A DNA stretch of 64,000 nt from an uncultured Planctomycetia bacterium (GTDB taxonomy: Bacteria; Omnitrophota; Gorgyraeia; 2-02-FULL-51-18; CAYJSE01), in the NCBI GenBank assembly GCA_964372765.1, contig CAYJSE010000001.1:118790-182789 (forward strand), given 5' to 3'. The notes below the pieces were generated by a model. It saw nothing but the letters and a program-made list of their open reading frames with translations. It had not been told where the DNA came from and did no database searches. The translations under genes were made by a program, and so were the position numbers. Numbering within the stretch: the first letter of the stretch is position 1; every line of letters begins with the position of its first letter. Positions 10,203 through 19,202 of this stretch are shown piece after piece.

Positions 10203-11753
10203 ATGGAAGATAAAAATCGAATCTACATATTCGACACTACCCTGCGCGATGGAGAACAGTCGCCCGGCGCTAGCCTGAACGAGAAAGAAAAGCTAGAAAT
10301 CGCGCGGCAGTTGAAAGAACTGCGGGTGGATGTCATCGAGGCCGGGTTTCCGATCACGTCCCACGGGGATGCCGCGGCGGTTCGGCGCATCGCCAAGGAA
10401 ATCAAGGGGCCCACGATTTGCGGCCTGGCGCGCGCGGTTCAAAAAGATATGGATGTGGCGCTCGAAGCCCTGAAGCCCGCGGCACGTTCGCGATTGCATG
10501 TATTTTTAGCGACTTCCGAGATACACCGCAAATATAAACTGAACAAGGCCAAGGATGAGATTCTGAAGCTCGCGGTGTGGGCTGTGAGGTACGCGAAAAA
10601 CCACATCGGGGAGGTGGAGTTTTCGCCCGAAGACGCCTCGCGCACAGAACCCGATTTTCTCTATGAAGTGGTTCAAGCCGTGATCGAGGCCGGCGCCGAC
10701 GTGGTGAATATTCCGGACACCGTGGGCTATACGACGCCGTTTGAATTTGGCCGGCTGATCGAGGGGATTTTTGAGCGGGTGCCGAACGCTAAGGGCGCGA
10801 TTATCAGCGTGCATTGCCACAACGATCTGGGGTTGGCCGTATCCAACTCACTGGCCGCGATTCGTGCCGGTGCCCGGCAGATTGAGTGCACCGTGAATGG
10901 CATCGGTGAGCGCGCCGGCAACGCGTCTTTAGAGGAAATCGTGATGGCGCTGGATACGCGCAAGGATATTTTTGACGGAAAGTATACGAATATCTGCAAA
11001 GAGCAGATCTGCAAGTCGAGCCGGCTTGTGAGCGCCCTGACGGGCCTTGTGGTTCAACCTAACAAAGCTGTCGTGGGGCGCAACGCGTTTACGCATGAGT
11101 CTGGAATACACCAGGACGGACTTTTGAAGCTGCGTAAAACGTATGAGATCATGCGGCCGGAGGACGTGGGCTTCGGCGAGACGCGGCTCGTCTTGGGAAA
11201 GCACTCTGGGAGGCATGCGCTTGAGAACCGTTTGAACCGTCTGGGGCTTCAACTGTCCGAAAAAGAGCTCGACGCCGTTTTCCAGCGTTTTAAGCAATTG
11301 GCGGACAAGAAAAAAGAGGTGTTTGACGATGACCTGCTGGCACTCGCGGAAAAAGATATCGTCACAGCTCCGAAAACCTACGACTTGGATTATTTGAGCG
11401 TCATGATTGAGAGTAACAAAAAAGCGCGCGTGAAGATTCGTTTAAAGTCCAAGGGTAAAACGTTGAGCGCCGAAGGCGCGGACAGCGGTCCGGTGGGCGC
11501 GGCCTACAAGACCATCGATAAGCTTCTCAAAAAAAAGATCAAACTCCTGGACTATCAGATCCATTCGGTGACGCTCGGCGAGGATGCGCAAGGGGAAGTG
11601 CGCGTGATGGTGGAGGCGCCCGGTGGGGAGACGGTCAAAGGCTACGGTTTAAGCACCGACGTGATCGAGGCCAGTGTGCGTGCGTATCTCGACGCAATCA
11701 ATAAGCTTATAGACAAGGCAAAGAAGGGAAAGAGCCATATTCCGGGTTGTTGA
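10203..11753 (+). CDS. leuA: 2-isopropylmalate synthase
   Basis: 516 aa. 'IFDTTLRDGEQSPG', 'HCHNDLGLA', and the C-terminal LeuA dimerisation/regulatory domain. Confidence 0.9.
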   Translation: MEDKNRIYIFDTTLRDGEQSPGASLNEKEKLEIARQLKELRVDVIEAGFPITSHGDAAAVRRIAKEIKGPTICGLARAVQKDMDVALEALKPAARSRLHVFLATSEIHRKYKLNKAKDEILKLAVWAVRYAKNHIGEVEFSPEDASRTEPDFLYEVVQAVIEAGADVVNIPDTVGYTTPFEFGRLIEGIFERVPNAKGAIISVHCHNDLGLAVSNSLAAIRAGARQIECTVNGIGERAGNASLEEIVMALDTRKDIFDGKYTNICKEQICKSSRLVSALTGLVVQPNKAVVGRNAFTHESGIHQDGLLKLRKTYEIMRPEDVGFGETRLVLGKHSGRHALENRLNRLGLQLSEKELDAVFQRFKQLADKKKEVFDDDLLALAEKDIVTAPKTYDLDYLSVMIESNKKARVKIRLKSKGKTLSAEGADSGPVGAAYKTIDKLLKKKIKLLDYQIHSVTLGEDAQGEVRVMVEAPGGETVKGYGLSTDVIEASVRAYLDAINKLIDKAKKGKSHIPGC

Positions 11754-11797
11754 AGGTTTCAAAAATTACCCCTGCCGTATTTTTGCAAGATACGAAA

Positions 11798-12664
11798 ATG
11801 AATGCCAAATTGCCTGTCAACGCTAAAACCGATTTATACGGGATTATCGGCGATCCTGTGCGGCACTCGTTGTCGCCCGCGATGCACAACCGCGCGTTTC
11901 AAGCTCTGGGCCTAAACGCGGTGTATCTGGCATTTGAAGTGAAGCGAGAGCTTTTGCGCTTCGCGTTTGAGGCGATGCGCTCACTCGGAATTCAGGGGCT
12001 CAATATTACGATTCCGCACAAAGAAGAGGCGCTTGATTTTATAGATGAGGTTCCGGAGGATTTAGATCGGTGTGTGGGCGCTGTCAACACGGTCGTGAAC
12101 CGGAATGGCCGACTTTTTGGCTATAACACGGACTCGCTCGGGTTTCTGCAGGCGTTGAAGGAGGAATTCAAGATGAGCCCGGAAGATAAGACTGTGGTTT
12201 TGCTAGGCGCCGGCGGCGCGGCCCGGGGCGTCGCTTTCGCGTTAGCGCACGCCCGCGTCGGGAAGCTTTGGATTTGCAACCGCACGCTGGGTCGCGCGAA
12301 GGGTTTGGCGGAGCACCTGTCCAAGTTTTTTCCGGATACGGAGATCCAGACACCGGAAAATCTCAACGAACTGCGGAAAAGCAAGATCGATTTGGTGGTA
12401 AACGCGACCTCTTGCGGTTTAAAAAAAGAGGATCCAATCCCGTTGGATCTAAAGATTTTGACGAGCCGCCCCCGTGTGTACGATCTTATTTACACATCCC
12501 GTTCAACTCCGTTTTTGAAATCAGCCGAGAGTCTAGGCTTGGCGAATGCCAACGGCCTGGGCATGTTGTCGGCGCAGGCGGCGCTTAGCTTCGCGCTCTG
12601 GATCGGCAAAAAAGAAGGGGTGCGGGAAGTGATGCGGGAGGCGCTGGACGCATGTTCTATTTAG
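11798..12664 (+). CDS. aroE: shikimate dehydrogenase
   Basis: 'LYGIIGDPVRHSLSPAMHN' and 'LLGAGGAARGVAFAL'. Internal ATG at 11798. Confidence 0.85.
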   Translation: MNAKLPVNAKTDLYGIIGDPVRHSLSPAMHNRAFQALGLNAVYLAFEVKRELLRFAFEAMRSLGIQGLNITIPHKEEALDFIDEVPEDLDRCVGAVNTVVNRNGRLFGYNTDSLGFLQALKEEFKMSPEDKTVVLLGAGGAARGVAFALAHARVGKLWICNRTLGRAKGLAEHLSKFFPDTEIQTPENLNELRKSKIDLVVNATSCGLKKEDPIPLDLKILTSRPRVYDLIYTSRSTPFLKSAESLGLANANGLGMLSAQAALSFALWIGKKEGVREVMREALDACSI

Positions 12665-13434
12665 CGGCGTTTATCTTTGGCAGTATCGTGGGTAGTTTCT
12701 TGAATGTCTGTATTTGGCGTCTGCCGCGCGGAGAATCGATTGCGTGGCCGCCGTCCCACTGCATCAACTGCCAAAAACCAATTCACTGGTACGACAATAT
12801 TCCGCTTGTCAGCTTCTTTTTGTTGCGCGGGCGCTGCCGGCAGTGCAAGGCGCGGATTTCCAGGCAGTACTGGGTTGTGGAGTTCCTGTCAGCCCTGTTT
12901 TTCGTGCTGTTCTATCAAGTTTTTGGCTGGACGCCACAAGGGATTCTCTATCTTTTGTTCGCGCTTGGATTTTTGGTTTTAAGCGTTATCGATTTGCGGC
13001 ATTATATCTTGCCGGATAGTCTGACGATTCCGGGCATTGTGATCGGACTCGCGGCTTCTAGTGTATGGCCGTGGATGCATGGGCAAGAGGTGTGGGTTCG
13101 CGGGCTTTTGTCGTCTGCGATCGGCGTTGTCGTGGGCGGCGGTATCTTGTGGGCCGCGGGCTCGATCGCCGAATGGATTTTAAAAAAGGAAGCGATGGGC
13201 GGCGGCGATGTGAAGCTATTGGCCGCGATCGGCGCCGTGGTCGGCTGGCCCGGCGTTTTGTGGACGCTGATGGTGGGTTCGTGCATCGGCTCCGTTTATG
13301 GTATCTATCAGCGCGTGGCGCGCGGGGAAGCGCTGATTCCGTTCGGACCGTTTTTGGCGGCGGGCGCTTTTTTATATTTTTTTGTGGGGGAGGCTTCGAT
13401 CGAGGCGTACCTACGCTTGATCGGATTACGTTAA
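12652..13434 (+). CDS. pilD: prepilin peptidase (A24 family type IV leader peptidase / N-methyltransferase)
   Basis: Tetracysteine motif 'CINCQKP...CRQCKARIS' and polytopic membrane domains. Confidence 0.85.
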   Translation: MFYLAAFIFGSIVGSFLNVCIWRLPRGESIAWPPSHCINCQKPIHWYDNIPLVSFFLLRGRCRQCKARISRQYWVVEFLSALFFVLFYQVFGWTPQGILYLLFALGFLVLSVIDLRHYILPDSLTIPGIVIGLAASSVWPWMHGQEVWVRGLLSSAIGVVVGGGILWAAGSIAEWILKKEAMGGGDVKLLAAIGAVVGWPGVLWTLMVGSCIGSVYGIYQRVARGEALIPFGPFLAAGAFLYFFVGEASIEAYLRLIGLR

Positions 13435-13453
13435 GGAAGCGAGGGAGGAAGCT

Positions 13454-14578
13454 ATGCTTCGATTTTTGACAAGCGGGGAATCACACGGGAAATGTTTGGT
13501 GGCCATCCTGGAAGGCATGGTGGCCGGGCTTCCGATTGAAGAGGGTGCGATCAACGAGGAATTGGCGCGCCGCCAGGAGGGTTACGGCCGCGGCGGCCGC
13601 ATGACGATCGAAAAAGACCGTGTCGAGATCTTGTCGGGCGTGCGCGATCAAAAATCTATCGGCGCTCCCTTGGCGCTTCTCGTGCCGAATCGGGATTTTA
13701 AAATCCATGAGCTTCCGGTCGTGAAGCGGCCGCGGCCGGGTCACGCGGATCTCGTGGGTGTCATGAAGTATGACCGCGGCGACGTGCGGGATATTTTGGA
13801 GCGATCCAGCGCCCGCGAAACCACCGCGCGCGTGGCCGTGGGGGCGGTGTGCAAGATTTTCTTGCGGCAGTTTGGGGTCGAGGTGTTGAGCCATGTGGTG
13901 TGCGTCGGCGGCGTGCGCGCGAAGACGCGAGGGCTGAGCTTTGAGGAAATCAGAAAGCGTTCGCGGCACTCGCCGCTGCACTGCGCGGACAGGGCCGCTG
14001 AAAAGAAAATGATCGCGCGTATTGATCACGCGAAGAAAACGAAAGACACGATCGGCGGCATTTTTGAGATTATCGCCCAGGGCGTGCCCGTGGGGCTTGG
14101 GAGTTTCGTTCATTATGACCGGAGGTTTTCGGCGAAGCTCGCCGCGGCGCTTATGTCGATCCAGGCGGTTAAAGGCGTCGAAGTGGGCATGGGTTTTGGG
14201 GTGGCCGAAACGCTTGGGAAGAACGTGCATGACGAAATTTTCTATGACAAACGAAGGGGTTTTTATCGCCGTACCAACAACGCGGGCGGCATTGAGGGCG
14301 GGGTGACGAACGGCGAAAATATCGTGCTGCGCGCGGCAACGAAACCTTACGCGACGCTCATGAGCCCGCTTCAATCGGTGCATATCGACAGCAAGAAAAA
14401 GGAAGCCGCGACCGTGGAGCGCTCGGACGTGACCGCGGTGCCGGCGTGCGGTGTGGTGGGCGAGGCGATGGTGGCTTTTGAGCTGGCGGCCGCGTTTTTA
14501 GAAAAGTTTGGCGGCGACTCGCTGCGCGAAACGCGGCGCAACTTTGACGGGTTTTTGCGCCAGATCCGGAAGTTTTAG
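13454..14578 (+). CDS. aroC: chorismate synthase
   Basis: 374 aa. 'MLRFLTSGESHGKCLVAILEG' and 'GRSSARETT'-like motifs. Confidence 0.95.
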   Translation: MLRFLTSGESHGKCLVAILEGMVAGLPIEEGAINEELARRQEGYGRGGRMTIEKDRVEILSGVRDQKSIGAPLALLVPNRDFKIHELPVVKRPRPGHADLVGVMKYDRGDVRDILERSSARETTARVAVGAVCKIFLRQFGVEVLSHVVCVGGVRAKTRGLSFEEIRKRSRHSPLHCADRAAEKKMIARIDHAKKTKDTIGGIFEIIAQGVPVGLGSFVHYDRRFSAKLAAALMSIQAVKGVEVGMGFGVAETLGKNVHDEIFYDKRRGFYRRTNNAGGIEGGVTNGENIVLRAATKPYATLMSPLQSVHIDSKKKEAATVERSDVTAVPACGVVGEAMVAFELAAAFLEKFGGDSLRETRRNFDGFLRQIRKF

Positions 14579-14581
14579 GGC

Positions 14582-15088
14582 GTGACGCGCCATATCGTGC
14601 TGGTGGGTTTCATGGGCACCGGCAAGACGAGCACCGCCAAAGCGCTGGCGGGGATTTTAAAACGTCGCCTCGTGGACATCGATGCGTTGATTGAGAAAAA
14701 AATGCGGTGCTCCATCGCCCGGATATTTCAAACGAAAGGCGAGGCGTATTTCCGGGCGCTCGAAACGGCGATGATCCGGAAGCTTTGCCGCGGGAAAAAT
14801 CTCGTGATCGCGGCCGGCGGCGGCGCGGTGCTGAGGGCCGAAAATATCCGAAATTTTAAAAAATCGGGTCTCGTGGTGGCGCTTTGGGCGCGGCCGGAGA
14901 CGATTTTAAAGCGCGTCGGGAATGCGAGAAGCCGCCCGCTTTTGCGGAGTGAAAACCCCAAGCCGAGCATCGAAAAGCTGCTGAGCGAGAGAAAGCGTTA
15001 TTACAAGAAAGCGGACATTTCTGTCAAAACGGACGGAAAGACTCCGCGCGAGGTGGCTAAAATGATTTTGAGAATGCTTCCACAGTGA
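14582..15088 (+). CDS. aroK: shikimate kinase
   Basis: Walker A 'GFMGTGKTS', 168 aa, GTG start. Confidence 0.85.
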   Translation: MTRHIVLVGFMGTGKTSTAKALAGILKRRLVDIDALIEKKMRCSIARIFQTKGEAYFRALETAMIRKLCRGKNLVIAAGGGAVLRAENIRNFKKSGLVVALWARPETILKRVGNARSRPLLRSENPKPSIEKLLSERKRYYKKADISVKTDGKTPREVAKMILRMLPQ

Positions 15089-16128
15089 AAATCACCGAAT
15101 ACGCAAGACAAATTCTGGCGTTGACGCTGATCAAGGATTTTGGCCCCCGGGCTTTTCAGGGCTACGAGGAGCGCTGCCAAAACGTCCCGGAAATTTTTCA
15201 GGCCGTAATTCAGGAAAAAAACCTGGACGCCAAAACGCTTTTAAGCAAAGCGGATGAGGAGCTTGAGAAAGCGCACCAAACCGGCGTGCAGATTTTGACG
15301 CGCGACGACCCGCGCTATCCGGAGATCTTAAAGACGATCTATGATCCGCCGATCGTGCTTTACGTGAAAGGGACGCTGCCGGATCCGGAGCGGCTTTTTA
15401 TCGGCGTTGTGGGCTCTCGTCTAACGTCGCTTTACGGGCAGAGAATGGCCCGGAAAATTTCCGCGGATTTAGGTTTGGCCGGGACCGTGATCGTTAGCGG
15501 CATGGCGCTGGGCATCGACACCGCGGCCCATGAGGGCGCGTTGTCGGCCAAAGCTCTCACGGTGGCGGTTTTGGGAGGAGGGTTGTCTTGCGTGTACCCC
15601 AAGGAAAACATGAAACTTTTTAACCGGATTGTGGAGACGGGGGCTGTCATTTCCGAGTATCCGGTCGAAATGAAGCCGAGACCCGCCTATTTTCCGGTGC
15701 GTAACCGCATCATCAGCGGTCTTTCAAGGGGGCTTGTGGTCGTGGAAGCCCGGCGAGCCAGCGGTGCCCTGATCACCGCGGACATGGCTTTGGAGCAGGG
15801 CCGCGAGGTGTACGCGATGCCTGGCCAGGCAGATTCGAGAACCGCGGACGGCAGTAATGCGCTGATCCAGCAGGGAGCGAGACTCATCACATCAGCCGAT
15901 GAGATTCTGCAGGATTTTGGGGTGGGGACGAAAAAAAATAAAGAGCGGCAAGATTTGAGCGCGGATGAGAAGAAAGTGTATGCGTTTATCCGCTCCGAAC
16001 CCACACCGATTGACACGGTGGTGGAAGAAAGTGGTTTTCAAACCGCCAAGACACTTTCAATTTTGTCACAACTTGAAATTAAAGGCGTTGTTCGGCAGTT
16101 GCCGGGCAAATGTTTCGTGAAAAAATGA
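15085..16128 (+). CDS. dprA: DNA processing protein DprA (Smf)
   Basis: Rossmann-like 'GMALGIDTAAHEGAL' and a C-terminal winged-helix region. Confidence 0.9.
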   Translation: MKITEYARQILALTLIKDFGPRAFQGYEERCQNVPEIFQAVIQEKNLDAKTLLSKADEELEKAHQTGVQILTRDDPRYPEILKTIYDPPIVLYVKGTLPDPERLFIGVVGSRLTSLYGQRMARKISADLGLAGTVIVSGMALGIDTAAHEGALSAKALTVAVLGGGLSCVYPKENMKLFNRIVETGAVISEYPVEMKPRPAYFPVRNRIISGLSRGLVVVEARRASGALITADMALEQGREVYAMPGQADSRTADGSNALIQQGARLITSADEILQDFGVGTKKNKERQDLSADEKKVYAFIRSEPTPIDTVVEESGFQTAKTLSILSQLEIKGVVRQLPGKCFVKK

Positions 16129-18314
16129 AGATTTGTGTGAACGGGGAATTTAAAGAAATCCAGCCGCCCATGACCGTGGCCGAGCTCTTGGACTCGCTGA
16201 ACATCGAACCGGGCTGCGTGGCGGTGGAGCGCAATCTAGAAATTCTTCCGAAGGAACAGTACTCCAAAGTTCAAGTTGCCGAAGGCGATGAACTGGAGGT
16301 GGTGCGTTTTGTGGGGGGCGGCGCCGGCAAACAAGAAAAGTCGCTCGTCATCGTGGAATCCCCGGCCAAGTGTAAGACCATCCACAAATACCTGGGACCC
16401 AATTTCGAGGTCCAGGCCTCGATGGGGCATCTGATCGATCTGCCCAAAAGCAAAATGGGCATTGATATCGAAAACAACTTCGAGCCGCAGTACATCGTCG
16501 TGGCCAAGCGCCGCAAGACATTGAGCGATTTGAAAAACAGCGCCAAAGGCAAAGACAAGATTTACCTGGCCTGCGATCCGGACCGCGAGGGTGAAGCGAT
16601 CAGCTGGCATCTGAAAAACCAGCTGGGCACCGGCAAGAAAGTTTATCGTGTGGTGTTCAATGAGATCACCAAAGAGGCGGTGCAGGACGCGTTCAAACGT
16701 CCCGGCGAGATCGACATGAACCTCGTGGGCGCCCAGCAGGCGCGCCGCGTTCTGGATCGCCTGGTCGGCTACTCTTTAAGTCCGCTTCTCTGGCAGAAAG
16801 TGGGCCGCGGTCTTTCAGCGGGCCGCGTGCAGTCGGTGGCGCTGCGTCTGGTGGTCGATCAGGAGCGGAAGATCCGCGCGTTTATCCCTGAAGAATACTG
16901 GAGCATCGACGCCGAGCTAAAGAAACCTAAAGATAAAAAGCATTTTTCAGCCAGTCTCGAAAAACTAGGCGCCGAAAAGCTGGAAATCAAAAACGAAACC
17001 CAGGCGAACGAACACCGCGAAAAGGCAGCCTCTCAAGCTTTTGTGGTGCAGGATGTCCGACGCGTTTCCAAAAAGAAAAATCCCACGCCGCCCTTTACGA
17101 CGTCGAAGCTTCAGCAGGCCGCCTACAATGCTTTGCATTTTCCAGCCGCGAAAACCATGCGCGTCGCTCAAGGGCTCTACGAAGGCGTGGAACTGGGGCC
17201 GGACGGTAGCGTGGGTCTCATCACCTATATGAGAACCGATTCGGTGCGCGTATCTCAAAACGCGATCGAGGAAGTGCGCGCGCTGATCAGCCGTGATTTT
17301 GGAAAAAAGTATCTGCCGGATTCACCCAATTTCTACAAGGCCAAAAAGGAAGCGCAGGAAGCGCATGAGGCCATACGGCCGTCGTCGGTTTTGCGCACGC
17401 CGGATGCCGTTCAATCGTATCTTTCACCCGACGAGTGGAAACTCTACACGCTTATCTGGAACAAATTTGTGGCCAGTCAAATGATGCCCGCTGAGATCGA
17501 GCAAAACACCGTGGATATCGCGGCCGGACCTTACTTATTTAAAGCGACGGGCAGCCGCATTGAGTTTCCGGGGTACCTCGCGGTTTACGGGCGTTCGGAA
17601 GAAGAGGAGAACCCGTTGCCGGCGCTCGAAAAAGGCCAGAAACTGGAACTCATCGATCTAAAGGCCAATCAGCATTTTACAAAACCTCCGGCGCGTTTCA
17701 CGGACGCATCGCTGGTGAAGGCGCTGGAAGAGATGGGGATCGGACGGCCCTCGACCTACGCGCCCACGATCATGACGATCCTGGCACGCGACTATGTCCA
17801 TCGTGAGGGCGGCAGTCTTGTCCCCACGGACCTGGGGATGATCGTGACGGATCTTTTGGTGCAGCATTTTGAGAAAATCGTGGATTTTCAGTTCACGGCC
17901 AATATGGAGGAGGAGTTGGACCGGGTGGAAGAAGGCAAGAGGGGCTGGGTGAGCGTCGTAAAAGATTTTTACAAGCTGTTTGAGAGTCAGGTCAGCCAAG
18001 CCCAAATCCAGATGCAGAGCGTCAAGCGCGAGGTCGAGCCGACCGATGAGGTGTGCGAAAAGTGCGGCAAGCCCATGGTGATCAAATGGGGCCGGAGAGG
18101 CAAGTTTATGAGCTGTTCGGGCTGGCCCGAGTGCAAAAACGCGAAATCCATTCCGACGAACGTCCCTTGCCCCAAATGCGGCCAGGGAAAGCTCGTGGCG
18201 CGCCGCGCGCGCTCAGGAAGAGGCCGGCCGTTTTACGGTTGTTCACGATACCCTGAGTGCGATTTTCTGGCCAATAAATTACCCAGAGAGCAGGACGAGG
18301 GCGAAAAGGTCTAG
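16125..18314 (+). CDS. topA: DNA topoisomerase I preceded in-frame by a complete ThiS-like ubiquitin-fold sulfur-carrier domain (66 aa ending VGGG)
   Basis: Residues 1-66 (MKICVNGEFKEI...VVRFVGGG) align residue-for-residue with the ThiS pattern. No stop codon follows. The frame continues as 'AGKQEKSLVIVESPAKCKTI', the canonical TopA Toprim N-terminus, then the TopA core and two C-terminal Cys4 zinc ribbons. ATG overlaps the dprA stop (ATGA). Confidence 0.85.
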   Translation: MKICVNGEFKEIQPPMTVAELLDSLNIEPGCVAVERNLEILPKEQYSKVQVAEGDELEVVRFVGGGAGKQEKSLVIVESPAKCKTIHKYLGPNFEVQASMGHLIDLPKSKMGIDIENNFEPQYIVVAKRRKTLSDLKNSAKGKDKIYLACDPDREGEAISWHLKNQLGTGKKVYRVVFNEITKEAVQDAFKRPGEIDMNLVGAQQARRVLDRLVGYSLSPLLWQKVGRGLSAGRVQSVALRLVVDQERKIRAFIPEEYWSIDAELKKPKDKKHFSASLEKLGAEKLEIKNETQANEHREKAASQAFVVQDVRRVSKKKNPTPPFTTSKLQQAAYNALHFPAAKTMRVAQGLYEGVELGPDGSVGLITYMRTDSVRVSQNAIEEVRALISRDFGKKYLPDSPNFYKAKKEAQEAHEAIRPSSVLRTPDAVQSYLSPDEWKLYTLIWNKFVASQMMPAEIEQNTVDIAAGPYLFKATGSRIEFPGYLAVYGRSEEEENPLPALEKGQKLELIDLKANQHFTKPPARFTDASLVKALEEMGIGRPSTYAPTIMTILARDYVHREGGSLVPTDLGMIVTDLLVQHFEKIVDFQFTANMEEELDRVEEGKRGWVSVVKDFYKLFESQVSQAQIQMQSVKREVEPTDEVCEKCGKPMVIKWGRRGKFMSCSGWPECKNAKSIPTNVPCPKCGQGKLVARRARSGRGRPFYGCSRYPECDFLANKLPREQDEGEKV

Positions 18315-19202
18315 ATGGATTCCTTCGCCGCTAAGTTTCTCACCTATCTTAAGGTTGAAAAAAACTATTCACCGCACACAGGGCTCGGTTATCAGCATGA
18401 TTTAAGAGAGTTTTATTCTTTCTTGGATAAAACGCCGGTTACGGGCATCGAGATCGGGACGATCCGTCAATATCTCGCGTTGCTTGCCGAGAAGAAGTTG
18501 TCGAAGCGCACGGTCGCGCGAAGACTCGCAGTTTTAAGAAGTTATTTCAAGTTTTTGACGCGGGAAGGATTTTTTAAGCAAAATCCGATGACCGCGGTTC
18601 ACAGCCCAAAGTTCGAGAAACGTCTGCCGGTCGTGCTGGATGAAAATGAGATTACCCAGCTTCTCGAATCACCCGAAGAAAACGGCGTTACGGGCTTAAG
18701 GGACCGCGCGATTTTGGAAACGCTCTATTCAACGGGCATGCGCGTGTCTGAAATCGTGTCGCTTGATGCGCAAAAAATCGATTTTATCGGCGGTATCTGC
18801 CGTATCGTGGGAAAAGGCCGGAAAGAGCGGCTCTGTCCGATCGGCGATAAGGCGCTGCGCGTGATTCGAAAGTATCTGGAAACACGCGAAACCCGCAAAA
18901 CCGCGAAAAGCGCCACGCCCCTTTTCTTAAATCACTCGCGCCACGGCGCGGGTTCACGACTCACGCCCCGCAGTGTGGCGCGCATCTTGCACAAGTACGT
19001 GGATAGAACCTCCCGACGCGCGGGCGTATCGCCGCATTCGCTACGACACTCCTTCGCAACGCATCTTTTGAATCACGGCGCGGATCTGCGTTCCGTGCAG
19101 GAGCTTTTGGGTCATGAGAATCTATCGACGACGCAGGTGTATACGCATGTGTCGACCGAGCGGCTGAAACAGGCGTATAAAAAGGCGCATCCGAGGGCAT
19201 GA
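18315..19202 (+). CDS. site-specific tyrosine recombinase, XerC/XerD family
   Basis: Phage-integrase N-terminal SAM-like domain plus the catalytic R..HxxR..Y region ('HSLRHSFATHLL', 'TTQVYTHV'). Confidence 0.85.
   Translation: MDSFAAKFLTYLKVEKNYSPHTGLGYQHDLREFYSFLDKTPVTGIEIGTIRQYLALLAEKKLSKRTVARRLAVLRSYFKFLTREGFFKQNPMTAVHSPKFEKRLPVVLDENEITQLLESPEENGVTGLRDRAILETLYSTGMRVSEIVSLDAQKIDFIGGICRIVGKGRKERLCPIGDKALRVIRKYLETRETRKTAKSATPLFLNHSRHGAGSRLTPRSVARILHKYVDRTSRRAGVSPHSLRHSFATHLLNHGADLRSVQELLGHENLSTTQVYTHVSTERLKQAYKKAHPRA

Noticed and set aside
13481-14383. 300-aa minus-strand ORF antisense to aroC
   Set aside because: Lies entirely inside a confidently identified plus-strand gene and is Arg/His/Ala-rich with no recognisable domain. 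It is a typical high-GC shadow ORF.
16110-16124. Upstream ATG (MFREK...) extending the ThiS-TopA ORF by five codons
   Set aside because: The ATG at 16125 gives the canonical ThiS N-terminus (MKICVNG) and overlaps the dprA stop, so the extra five codons are unlikely to be used.
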